Made by a program: the position numbers and the translations under genes
From: an uncultured delta proteobacterium
GTDB taxonomy: Bacteria; Desulfobacterota; Binatia; UBA9968
Assembly (NCBI GenBank): GCA_963755715.1
Contig: CAVWLW010000003.1
Span: 32,001-96,000 of the forward strand
DNA: 64,000 nucleotides
Direction of reading: 5' to 3'
In this document: positions 55,248-64,000 of the stretch, in pieces
How the letters are laid out: each line of letters starts with the position of its first letter
Position numbering within the stretch: position 1 is the stretch's first letter
Notes under the pieces: generated by a model
What the model was told of the DNA's origin: nothing
Seen by the model: the letters and a program-made list of their open reading frames with translations, nothing else
Databases searched by the model: none

Positions 55248-56228
55248 ATGTCAAGCTCAAAATTCATATTGTTCTTCCCGGCTTTGGTCGCGTCATTCTA
55301 TCTCGAGAGCTCGCTTCACGCGCAGGAAAAGTTTAAAAAGATTCGGGTCACCTATCCGACCGAATCGATCGCCGTGCTGCCGTTATTCGCCGCCCATCGA
55401 TGGAAGACCTTCGAAGACAACGACCTGCAAGCGGAAATCATTCAGGCTCGATCGCAGGTCGCCAACGCGGCGTTGGCGAGCGGCGAGATCGGGTATTTCG
55501 CCGGTGTGGGCCCGGCTTCGGTGAGCGCGACGTTGAGAGGACTTCAGTCGCGCGCGGTTTGGTTCGCCAGCGACGAGATTATCTACTTGCTGCTCGCCCG
55601 GCCTGAATTTTCGAATATCCGGGATCTCCGGCAAAAGAAGATCGGTATCACCGGCTTGGGGGGCACGGCGCATGTAGCTTTGCAGATTGCCCTCGAGGCG
55701 GTGCACGAGAATCCGAAAAACTTTTTGTACGTGTCGATCACCGCGGCGCAGCTCATGGCAGCGCTGGAAACCGGCGTCATCGACGCGGCGCTCATGAGTC
55801 CGCCTTACGATTTCTACGCTAAGAAAAAAGGATTTCGCGAAGTGCTCAACGCGGGGACCTATGCTCGGATGCCTTTCGGTGGCCTCACGGTGATGATCGC
55901 GACGCTGCGTAATCGAGCCGACGAGTTAAAGAAGGTGATGCGCGCCATGCAAGTGGCCAAGCGGGAGATGCTCAAGTCCAAGGAAAGAACTGTCGCGTTG
56001 ATCTCGAATTTTCTAAAAGTCGACCGCGACGCTGCGGAAAACACCTACGCGGTTTATGGCAAAACCGTCAGCGGCAGTGGCGTGCCGAGTCATGACGGCA
56101 TCGATCAGATCATGAAATCACTCCAGTTGGCCGGCCAATTCACCGACCGCAAAGTGAGCTTTGAAGAAGTCGCCGACGACCGGATTGCCAAGGAAGTCGC
56201 CAAAGAGCTCGGCTACAAGATCAATTGA
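55248..56228 (+). CDS. NMT1/SsuA-type SBP (subfamily A)
   Basis: KIRVTYPTESIAVLPLFAAHRWKTFED, FAGVGPASVSATLRG, AKEVAKELGY. Confidence 0.9.
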   Translation: MSSSKFILFFPALVASFYLESSLHAQEKFKKIRVTYPTESIAVLPLFAAHRWKTFEDNDLQAEIIQARSQVANAALASGEIGYFAGVGPASVSATLRGLQSRAVWFASDEIIYLLLARPEFSNIRDLRQKKIGITGLGGTAHVALQIALEAVHENPKNFLYVSITAAQLMAALETGVIDAALMSPPYDFYAKKKGFREVLNAGTYARMPFGGLTVMIATLRNRADELKKVMRAMQVAKREMLKSKERTVALISNFLKVDRDAAENTYAVYGKTVSGSGVPSHDGIDQIMKSLQLAGQFTDRKVSFEEVADDRIAKEVAKELGYKIN

Positions 56229-56274
56229 TTGGCGGCGGGTGTCCATCTGCTAGAGGTTAATTCCTCTTTCCACA

Positions 56275-56541
56275 AGACTGTGCCGCAACCAAAAAGTCGG
56301 AATCAGTGTCATTCTGAACGCCAGACTGCGTGAAAACACCGTTCATGGTTCGACTAGGCTCACCACGAACGGTGTAGTCTCATTAGAAATAGAGTACTTA
56401 TCCGTTCGCCCTCAGCACCGTCGAAGGGCTCCGAGGGAGTTTTCACACAGTCTGACGAAGTGAAGAATCTCGACCGGTTGACGGGCTACAAAAGACGAGA
56501 TCCTTCGGCTATCGCCTCAGGATGACATTACAACACAATCT
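56275..56541. mobile_element. Nested non-autonomous elements: outer degenerate-TIR MITE > REP pair > inner MITE > REP pair
   Basis: Outer AGACTGTGCCGCAA/TTACAACACAATCT; REP TGTCATTCTGAACG|AAGTGAAGAATCTC...CTCAGGATGACA split by inner element with TIR CAGACTGCGTGAAAAC (56322-56337)/GTTTTCACACAGTCTG (56439-56454), 15/16 match. Confidence 0.7.
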
Positions 56542-56587
56542 CGCCGCCAGTGAGACGCGTTGATGATGATTCGAATTCGCGAGATTT

Positions 56588-56648
56588 GGAGGGGGCGACC
56601 CTGCGTGGTCGCCCGTTCGAAGGGCAGACACATAGGTCTGCCCTTACA
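56588..56648. repeat. GTAG-family REP doublet (degenerate copy)
   Basis: GGGGCGACCCTGCGTGGTCGCCC...GGGCAGACACATAGGTCTGCCCTTACA; near copy of 59121-59181. Confidence 0.75.
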
Positions 56649-56780
56649 TCGATATGTGGGTGAAATTTACTTGACCGCTACTACCTGCGCCTCGCCTTGA
56701 CACACCGAGAGCATGTCGGATATTTCTGACCGCGATACGGTGACGTTCCCTTTAGCTTTGATTCAGAGAGGAAAGCAGTC

Positions 56781-57929
56781 ATGGCGTTGAGTAAAGAAGA
56801 AAACGAAATGCTCACGAGAGTGGGACCGGGCACGCCCGCGGGCGAGATGCTGCGGCGCTATTGGCAGCCGATCGGCTTGGCGGCGGAGCTTCAAGACAAA
56901 CCGAAGCGGAGACGCATCCTCGGTGAAGACGTGGTCATGTTTCGTGACGATCGAGGCAGGGTTGGAGTGTTGACTTTGCGCTGCATGCATCGCGGCACGT
57001 CCTTGGAGTTCGGTCATATCGAAAACGGCGGGCTGCGCTGCTGTTATCACGGCTGGCTTTACGACGTCGAAGGCAAGGTTTTGGAAACTCCCGGCGAGCC
57101 GCCGGCGAGCACCTTCAAAGAGCGCATTCGTCAGCCGGCTTACAAAGCGCAGGAATTGGGAGGTGTCATCTTCGTTTATATGGGTCCCGAGCCGGCGCCG
57201 CTGTTGCCGAGGTATGATGTCCTGGTGAGAGAGGACGGTGTGCGGGCGCGGCGCGCGCGTACGGTCAACTGTAATTTTTTTCAGATGATTGAAAACTCCG
57301 TCGATCAGAATCATTTGAAGTGGCTGCATCGCACGGCGAAGACGCCGGACTGGGACGACGGCGAGATCGATCCACAACCATTCGAATACGGAATTCTCAA
57401 CACCTACACACGGCGTGTCGCCGGTAAAAAATGGGCGCACTGTAACTTTTTTGTCATGCCGACGATGAATAAGACCGGCAATGTCGAGGAAGGCCATCCG
57501 ACCGAACACAGAGCGAGCAGCGCCGGCGAGGTCATGCGCTGGCGGGTGCCGATCGATGATACGCACTCGATGCATTTCACCGTCGAGTTCGGCGTTGTCG
57601 TCGACGGCAAGCCGGTTGCCAACATCATGAAAGACGATTCGGCGGCGGGGCTTTGCGAGACTCAGTTCGGCGTCTACAAGTGGGATGAATCCATCGGTTG
57701 GTTTGCCAGAGGAGATCAAGATCGGGTGGCGCAAGAAAGCCAGGGACCGATCTACGACCGGACGACGGAACACCTAGTGTACACGGACCGCGGGGTGATT
57801 CTCTTGCGGCGCTTGTACAAAGAATCCATCGAGGCCGTGAAGCGGGGAGGCGATCCGATCGGCGTCATCCGCGACCCGGAAAAAAATCGGATCATCCGGC
57901 TGCAGCCGCATGAGGATTTGCTGGACTAA
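56781..57929 (+). CDS. Rieske non-heme iron oxygenase alpha subunit (phthalate dioxygenase/LigX-like)
   Basis: CMHRG...CCYHGW Rieske ligands; ENSVDQNHLKWLH and QDRVAQESQG iron-site motifs. Confidence 0.92.
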   Translation: MALSKEENEMLTRVGPGTPAGEMLRRYWQPIGLAAELQDKPKRRRILGEDVVMFRDDRGRVGVLTLRCMHRGTSLEFGHIENGGLRCCYHGWLYDVEGKVLETPGEPPASTFKERIRQPAYKAQELGGVIFVYMGPEPAPLLPRYDVLVREDGVRARRARTVNCNFFQMIENSVDQNHLKWLHRTAKTPDWDDGEIDPQPFEYGILNTYTRRVAGKKWAHCNFFVMPTMNKTGNVEEGHPTEHRASSAGEVMRWRVPIDDTHSMHFTVEFGVVVDGKPVANIMKDDSAAGLCETQFGVYKWDESIGWFARGDQDRVAQESQGPIYDRTTEHLVYTDRGVILLRRLYKESIEAVKRGGDPIGVIRDPEKNRIIRLQPHEDLLD

Positions 57930-57935
57930 ATAACC

Positions 57936-58011
57936 CGTTCAAAACGCTCAAGCAGTTCAAAACGTTCAAGACGTTTGGTCATTCAAAGATTCAAGGTTTC
58001 AAAAGTTCAAT
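57936..58011. repeat. Short tandem GTTCAA-core repeats (8-9 bp period)
   Basis: CGTTCAAAACGCTCAAGCAGTTCAAAACGTTCAAGACGTTT...TTCAAAGATTCAAGGTTTCAAAAGTTCAA; related short array at about 46137-46162. Confidence 0.6.
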
Positions 58012-58035
58012 GTTAGGGCGGGAGCGGAAATCATA

Positions 58036-59109
58036 ATGAAGACCGGCAGGAAAGGCGTCATTTTCGGATTTTTATTCGCCCTGGTCTCATTTCATTCCGC
58101 CGGCGCGGCCGAGACCTTGGACTCATTGATCGCCGGAGCGAAGAAAGAACCCGAGTTTACTTTTATTGCCGGGGCGCAGACTTTCGGCGGGCAAAAGACT
58201 TTGTCGCTGTTGGAATCCGCGTTCAATAAAAAATTTGGTCTCAACGGCAAGATTCGTTTCAGCGCCGGACCAGAGATGAACGCCATGGCGGCGCGGGTGA
58301 TCACCGAGCTCAAGATGGGCGCCAAAGCGTCGAGCGATATCTATCACGGCTCGCAATCGCATTTCGCTTTGTTGCACAAAGAGAAGGCGCTGGACACAGT
58401 GAACTACTCGGGGATCTTTCCGTGGATCACCAAAGACATGGAAATATTTCCGAGCGAGGGCTTGCTGATTTTTACTTCGCTGCGCGGAATTATTTACAAT
58501 TCGAAACTCATTCCGAAGGACAGGGCGCCGAAGACCTACGAAGATTTGGTCGATCCGAAATTGAGTCCGGCGTGGGCCGGCAAGATGGCGATCCCGCCGT
58601 ACGTTTCGTGGCTGGTCGAGCTGTCGATGATCTGGAGTGAAGACAAGGTCAAGAATTTCACCCGCAAGCTGGTGGCGCTGAGCGGCGGGCGGTTGCGTTA
58701 CAGCGAAGAGGAGCGCGTGGTCAGCGGGGAATTTCCGATCGCCGCCAACATGGGCGGAGCCACGGAGCAAATGTGGCAGTGGCAAGCCAAGGGCGCGCCG
58801 CTGGTGGCGATCATGGGCTCGACGCCGGTGCTGCCGTCTTACTTTCAGCTCGGTGTGCCGAAGAATACCGCGCATCCAAACTTGTCAAAGCTCTTCGTCG
58901 GCTTTATGGCGTCGAAAGAAGCTCAAGCCATCCTCGAAAAAAATGATTTTCGCACTTCGCACCTCGTCGAAGGCACGATCATGGCGAAGTATCTGAAACA
59001 AAATAAAGTGCAGCTGCAGGAAGCTAAAGATTCGATCGCGTTTTATCTACAAGGCGAAGATAGCGGCTTGGAGTTCAAAGAAGAGCTGACGAAGATGCTG
59101 AAGCAGTGA
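58036..59109 (+). CDS. Extracellular solute-binding protein (Fe3+/polyamine-type ABC family)
   Basis: Signal peptide, LIAGAKKE, GIIYNS, APKTYEDL, AHPNLSKLF. Confidence 0.85.
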   Translation: MKTGRKGVIFGFLFALVSFHSAGAAETLDSLIAGAKKEPEFTFIAGAQTFGGQKTLSLLESAFNKKFGLNGKIRFSAGPEMNAMAARVITELKMGAKASSDIYHGSQSHFALLHKEKALDTVNYSGIFPWITKDMEIFPSEGLLIFTSLRGIIYNSKLIPKDRAPKTYEDLVDPKLSPAWAGKMAIPPYVSWLVELSMIWSEDKVKNFTRKLVALSGGRLRYSEEERVVSGEFPIAANMGGATEQMWQWQAKGAPLVAIMGSTPVLPSYFQLGVPKNTAHPNLSKLFVGFMASKEAQAILEKNDFRTSHLVEGTIMAKYLKQNKVQLQEAKDSIAFYLQGEDSGLEFKEELTKMLKQ

Positions 59110-59120
59110 ACGATGCATGG

Positions 59121-59181
59121 TGTAGGGGCGACCCTATGTGGTCGCCCGTTCGGAGGGCGGACACACAGGTCCGCCCCTACA
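59121..59181. repeat. GTAG-family REP doublet
   Basis: TGTAGGGGCGACCCTATGTGGTCGCCC...GGGCGGACACACAGGTCCGCCCCTACA: two hairpins inside terminal TGTAGGGGCG/CGCCCCTACA. Confidence 0.85.
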
Positions 59182-59238
59182 TCGGAATGTCTTGATGATC
59201 CGATTGGGCGTTGCGAATAGAAGGAAGGAAATCCTCCC

Positions 59239-60373
59239 ATGCTGTCGAAAGAAGAAAACGAACTCTTGACTCGTGTCGGTCCGGGTACGCCGGCGGGAAC
59301 GATGCTGCGCCGTTACTGGTGGCCGGTGGCGTTCAGCGAAACGGTGAAAGCCAAAGGCGCTCCGGTCAAAGTGAAGTTGTTGGGGGAAGAGTTTGCGATG
59401 TTTCGCGATGGCGCGGGACAGACTCGGACTCGTCGCTCTCCATTGTTCGCATCGAGGTACTTCGCTCGAATATGGCCGCGTCGAGGACAATGGCATTCGC
59501 TGTTGTTATCACGGATGGCTCTACGACATTCAAGGCAATTGTTTGGAGCAACCTGCGGAGCCCGGCGATAGCACTTTCAAAGAACGTATTAAGCACCCGG
59601 CATATCATGCGCACGATGCCGCCGGACTAATTTTCGCTTATGTCGGGCCGGAGCCGGTGCCAATGCTGCCGAGTTACGACTTGCTCGTCAGAGAAGACGG
59701 CTGCCGCGTGGTCGGCGGCGACGAAGAAAATTGCAATTGGTTGCAGCGCGCCGAGAACTCGGCGGACGGCGCGCATTCGATCGCGCTGCATGCGGCGGGT
59801 TATCCAAACATGGCATTGAAGCGGCCGACGATTAAATGGGAGCCGACGCGATTCGGCATCAAAGAAACTACCTGGATCGAAGATGTGTCGAAACCGCGCA
59901 TTTCCCATTACGTTTTTCCATCGCATGTGCGCCACTCCGCGGCACGCGTCGGCGAGCAACCGCGCCAGGTGATCCGTTTCCGCGTTCCGACCGACGATGT
60001 CACGACGACCACGTTCTGGATCGATTTCTATCCGCACAAAGAGGGGAAACCGACTAGACCGATGGCGTTGTCCATCAAAGGATTTAGAAAAAGCCAACCG
60101 GGCGTTTACGAGCGAGTCCAAGACGGCTGGTGGAATCTTCCTAACCGGGAGCAAGACCGTGTGGCTCAGGAAAGCCAGGGCCTAGTCGCGGATCGCACCA
60201 AGGAGCATTTAGCAACCTCGGATCAAGGGATCTTGATGCTGCGCAAGATGATTCGAGACTCGATCGAGGCGGTGCAACAAGGCAAGGATCCGATCGGCGT
60301 GATTCGAGATTCCAATGACAACGGACCGATTACCTTCGACTCCAGCAGAGATGCCGTCGAGGCATTGAGTTGA
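59239..60373 (+). CDS. Rieske oxygenase alpha subunit (copy 2), frameshift near 59418
   Basis: MLSKEENELLTRVGPGTPAG; CSHRG...CCYHGW; ENSADGAHSIALH; QDRVAQESQG. Confidence 0.9.
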
Positions 60374-60452
60374 AGCTAATACGAGTCGAAGATCGAGGAT
60401 CGCAATTTTCCATCCTCCATTCGCGGCCGCATTGCTGAGAGAGGTGAAACTG

Positions 60453-61511
60453 ATGCTCTATGTCTTGATCGTCTGCGGCGTCTTTTTGCACGCGCTATTA
60501 TCCGCTACATCCGCGCAGGCGCAAAAGCTGGAGCAGATCGTCGCGGAAGCGAAGAAGGAAGGGGAAGTCATGCTGGTCGCCAGCGCGTCGACTTTCGGCG
60601 GTAAGAAAGGATTTGCCGAGCTCGAAAATCTTTTCGCCAAACGTTACGGTTTCAAGGCCAAGGTCAGTCTCACCGGCGGCCCGAGCTTTCCTCAAGTGGC
60701 CGCACGCATCATCGCCGAGCAAAAGGCGGGAGCCAAATCGTCCACTGACATGTACCTAGGGTCCGACGGGACTTATGTGACCATGGATCAAGAAAAGGCG
60801 CTGGAAAAGGTGAACTGGTCGGGAGTCTTTCCCTGGGTGACCAAAGAGATGGAAATTTTTCCGCAGCAGTCGGTGCTGATTTACGCTTCGTTTCACGGCA
60901 TCATCTACAATTCGAACTCGATCCCGAAAAATAAGGCGCCGAAGAGTTACGAAGATCTGATCGATCCGGCGCTCGCGCCCACTTGGGCGGGAAAGATGGC
61001 GATCCCTTCGTATATTCACTGGCTGCTGCGCGTGTCGCCGATTTGGGGGCGGGAAAAAGTTTTGCCTTTCGCGCGCAAGCTCGCGACTCTGGTCGGCGGA
61101 CGATTGCGCCAGGGAGAGGAAGAACGCATCGTCAGCGGCGAGTTCCCGATCATGGCAAGCACCGGCGGTGCGCTGGAGGCGATGTGGAAATGGCAAGCCA
61201 AGGGGGCGCCGCTCGTGGGGCTGCCCGGCTCGACGCCGGCGACAAGCTCTTATTATCAACTGTCGGTGCCGAAAAATTCGGTTCATCCGAATATGGCCAA
61301 GCTATTCATCGCGCTTATGGTGACCCGAGAAGGCCAGGCAGTGCTGGAAAAGAACGACATGCGCAGCTCCTACCTGGTCGACGGCACGCTGATGTCAAAG
61401 TACGTCAAAGCCAACAAGCTTAAGCTGCAAGATCCGCGCGAGCTGAACGAAGTTTTCCAGAAGGAAGACACCAGCCTGGAAGAAGAGTTGACGAAAATCC
61501 TGTTGAAATAG
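60453..61511 (+). CDS. Extracellular solute-binding protein, paralogue of 58036-59109
   Basis: AEAKKEGEV, SGVFPWVTKEMEIFP, GIIYNS, APKSYEDL, WAGKMAIP. Confidence 0.85.
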   Translation: MLYVLIVCGVFLHALLSATSAQAQKLEQIVAEAKKEGEVMLVASASTFGGKKGFAELENLFAKRYGFKAKVSLTGGPSFPQVAARIIAEQKAGAKSSTDMYLGSDGTYVTMDQEKALEKVNWSGVFPWVTKEMEIFPQQSVLIYASFHGIIYNSNSIPKNKAPKSYEDLIDPALAPTWAGKMAIPSYIHWLLRVSPIWGREKVLPFARKLATLVGGRLRQGEEERIVSGEFPIMASTGGALEAMWKWQAKGAPLVGLPGSTPATSSYYQLSVPKNSVHPNMAKLFIALMVTREGQAVLEKNDMRSSYLVDGTLMSKYVKANKLKLQDPRELNEVFQKEDTSLEEELTKILLK

Positions 61512-61560
61512 GCCCGGGTTTCAAACCTCCCTTAGCTGGATCGGAAACATATAACGCTGC

Positions 61561-63306
61561 ATGTCGACACAAGTTCTCACTGTTGATCAACCGCGGCCGC
61601 TGGTGAATTGGTCGAAGCTAGGGCTCTTGGCGATAGCCGGTTTGGCGGCGCTCTCGATCCTCACTCTGCTGGGCATGATCATCTGGATGAGCCTGCGCAC
61701 GGGCGTGCCCGGCCAGCCTTCGGCGTACACATTGAAGAACTACGCGGCGCTGCTCGGCGATTCCTATACCTATCGGGTCATGACCACCACGCTGATTTTC
61801 GCGGCGATCACGATCGCCGTTTCGGTGCCGCTGGGATTCATCTTCGCCTGGTTCATCGAACGGACCGACATACCGTACAAGACAGTGGCCATGAGTGTGC
61901 TCAGCATCGGTATCTTGTTCCCGACTTTTCTCAAAGCCATGGGTTGGGTGTTTCTGCTCCATCCGCGCATCGGCGTGATCAACATTTTCTTGATGCAGCT
62001 TTTCGGCCTGACAAACGCGCCGCTCAATATTGCGACGCTCCCCGGAATCGGTTTCGTGCAAGGCATGACGCTAACCCCGCTCGCCTATGTGATGATCTCG
62101 GCGGCCTTGCGCAGCATGAATCCTGCGCTGGTCGAAGCCGCCAGCGTCCACGGCGTGAGCCAGTGGCGCACGCTCGTGCGCATCGAGCTGCCGCTCATCT
62201 GGCCGGCGTTGTTCTCGGCCGTCATCTGGATGCTTACGGTGGCTATCGCCGCCTTCGACGTGCCGGGAGTGATCGGCATGGCCAATAATATTTTTACCTT
62301 CAGCACCGCGATCTACTTCATGATCAATCCCAACGAAGGCTTGCCGCGTTACGGGCTCAGCGGCGCCTACGGCAGCCTCATGGTCGGTTTTTCGTTGATT
62401 CTGATGATTCCCTATTTCCGCGCTTTGAAGCAGAGCCACCGTTATCAAATCATCTCGGGCAAGTCGTATCAGTCGCGGCCGGTCGCGCTCGGGCGCTGGT
62501 GGCTGCTCGGTTGGGGCTTGCTTGGATCATATTTTCTGCTCGCATTCGTGTTGCCGCTGCTGGCGATTTTCTGGGTGTCATTATTGCCTTACGTTCAAGC
62601 ACCGTCGTGGCACGCGCTATCGGTCATCTCTTTCGAACGCTACACGCAGATCGCGTTTGACAGAGCGCTTTTGGAGGCGGCGATGAACACGGTGCTGTTG
62701 ATGGTGATCGTGCCGACGGCCATCGTGATCATTTGTTCGGCGATTTCCTGGATCGTCACCCGCTCGCGTATGCGCTGGCGCGTCGTGCTCGATGCCATTG
62801 CGTTTTTGCCCCATCCGGTGCCGCACCTGCTGTTCGCGCTTTCGATCGCCTATCTGGCATTGCTGATTTCCAACGTGGTCCCGCTCTACGGCACGATCTT
62901 CGTGCTGATGGCGGTTTACGTCGTGTGTTGGATCAGCTTCGGCACGCGGGTGCTCAACAACAGCATGATCCAAGTGCATCGCGAGCTGGAAGAAGCGGCG
63001 CAGGTCGGCGGCGCGTCGACATGGCGCATTCTCTTGAAAGTGATCGTGCCGTTGATCAAACCGGGACTGATTTACACCTGGATTTGGACGTCGCTTTCGG
63101 CTTATCGCGAGCTAACGATGGCGGTGTTTTTAGCGTCGCCGAAAAGCCAGGTGTTGTCGACTTACATTTGGGGCCAGTGGCACGGCGGCGGACTCGGCGA
63201 CGCGGCGGCGATCGCAATAGTCATGATCGCTGTGATGGCGCCGCTGGTGACGACCTTTTGGATCTACGCGCGCAAGCAGCAGCACGTGGCCTCGTCGGCG
63301 ACGTAA
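61561..63306 (+). CDS. ABC transporter permease, FbpB-type with two TM modules
   Basis: Two EAA loops (LVEAASVHG, LEEAAQVGGA), ERTDIP, about 12 TM. Confidence 0.9.
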   Translation: MSTQVLTVDQPRPLVNWSKLGLLAIAGLAALSILTLLGMIIWMSLRTGVPGQPSAYTLKNYAALLGDSYTYRVMTTTLIFAAITIAVSVPLGFIFAWFIERTDIPYKTVAMSVLSIGILFPTFLKAMGWVFLLHPRIGVINIFLMQLFGLTNAPLNIATLPGIGFVQGMTLTPLAYVMISAALRSMNPALVEAASVHGVSQWRTLVRIELPLIWPALFSAVIWMLTVAIAAFDVPGVIGMANNIFTFSTAIYFMINPNEGLPRYGLSGAYGSLMVGFSLILMIPYFRALKQSHRYQIISGKSYQSRPVALGRWWLLGWGLLGSYFLLAFVLPLLAIFWVSLLPYVQAPSWHALSVISFERYTQIAFDRALLEAAMNTVLLMVIVPTAIVIICSAISWIVTRSRMRWRVVLDAIAFLPHPVPHLLFALSIAYLALLISNVVPLYGTIFVLMAVYVVCWISFGTRVLNNSMIQVHRELEEAAQVGGASTWRILLKVIVPLIKPGLIYTWIWTSLSAYRELTMAVFLASPKSQVLSTYIWGQWHGGGLGDAAAIAIVMIAVMAPLVTTFWIYARKQQHVASSAT

Positions 63307-63356
63307 AGTTAAAGAATTCGCAGCGACAAAATCCAGGCCGATCGCCACAGCCCCTG

Positions 63357-63490
63357 CAGGTCGCTAAAATAGCCGTTCATCTTTCGACAAAAGCTCAAGA
63401 CGAACGGGGAAGCGGTTGAAATCGGTTGAGGTTTTTCCGTTCGCGCTGAGGTTCTCGAAGCACGAGCGTCATTATTCATCAACGTGGCAG
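63357..63490. repeat. REP/MITE-like palindromic element
   Basis: CCGTTCATCTTTCGACAAAAGCTCAAGACGAACGG...CCGTTCGCGCTGAGGTTCTCGAAGCACG; same family as 27915. Confidence 0.7.
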
Positions 63491-63515
63491 CGCAAACGAC
63501 CGGAGGTATTCTGCC

Positions 63516-64000
63516 ATGACGGCGACGACAGAAACGCCGAGCGTAACGAGCGACGGCGTCGATTTCGTTCACACCGGACCGGGAACGTTAGCCGGACGAT
63601 ATTTGAGAATGTTCTGGCAGCCGGTCTACGTTTCTCAGGAGCTGAGAGCCGGCTACGCCGTGCCGATCCATATCATGGGCGAAAGCTTCACGCTTTATCG
63701 CGGCGCGAGCGGAAAGGCTTACGTCGTCGATTTTCGCTGCGCCCATCGGGGCACGCAGCTATCGGTCGGCTGGGTCGAGGACGATTGCATCCGCTGTTTC
63801 TATCACGGCTGGAAATACGACGGCGCCGGCCAATGCATCGAGCAGCCGGCGGAAAACGAAAGTTTCGCGCAGAAAATAACCATTCGTAGCTGCCCCACGC
63901 AGGAGTACTTGGGCCTGATCTTCGCCTACTTCGGCGAGGGGGCGGCGCCGCCGTTGCCAGGCTATCCCGAATTGGAGGAGGACGGCGAGATCGACGTTGG
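63516..64000 (+). CDS. Rieske oxygenase alpha subunit (copy 3), runs off the window; absent from ORF track
   Basis: RBS GGAGG; MTATTETP...DFVHTGPGTLAGRYLRMFWQP...RCAHRGTQLSVGWVEDDCIRCFYHGWKY. Confidence 0.9.
   Translation, partial: MTATTETPSVTSDGVDFVHTGPGTLAGRYLRMFWQPVYVSQELRAGYAVPIHIMGESFTLYRGASGKAYVVDFRCAHRGTQLSVGWVEDDCIRCFYHGWKYDGAGQCIEQPAENESFAQKITIRSCPTQEYLGLIFAYFGEGAAPPLPGYPELEEDGEIDV

Noticed and set aside
57930-58015. CRISPR array from repeated GTTCAA units
   Set aside because: Units are 8-9 bp without unique spacers; no cas genes

Overview
GC-rich bacterial chromosomal window. The gene content (arrays of NMT1/SsuA-type binding proteins, many Rieske oxygenases, heptad/REP repeats in intergenic DNA and a signal peptide) resembles Candidatus Binatia/deltaproteobacteria-like genomes; this is inference only. 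Left to right: end of a cytochrome c oxidase operon (heme O synthase tail, a small unannotated TM ORF, two subunit III genes, subunit IV, DUF420); nadX-TPP enzyme-MFS; an internally deleted fumC; an orphan GlrR-like sigma54 activator; two MFS genes; an accessory stretch with a GT4/amylo-1,6-glucosidase deletion scar and an unknown GT-A-fold protein; two divergent sigma54 promoters around a tandem TTGCA-N3-TGCAA enhancer. Next is a kdp locus with a degenerate P-II, a canonical GlnK and an Amt placed between kdpC and a split KdpD/KinB-like kinase/AlgB-like activator (best candidate for an undescribed K+/NH4+ co-regulation system). Then come a glycogen operon (malQ-glgB-glgA-glgC-GH57), selA-selB-selD with SelD itself a selenoprotein (in-frame UGA plus SECIS-like hairpin), hydantoinase/oxoprolinase A-B-B, five orphan SBPs around an MBL hydrolase, a nested MITE/REP stack and a duplicated REP-Rieske-SBP module followed by an ABC permease. 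Roughly 25 single-base frameshifts break otherwise intact genes and are most likely long-read consensus errors. No rRNA, tRNA, CRISPR array or transposase was recognised.
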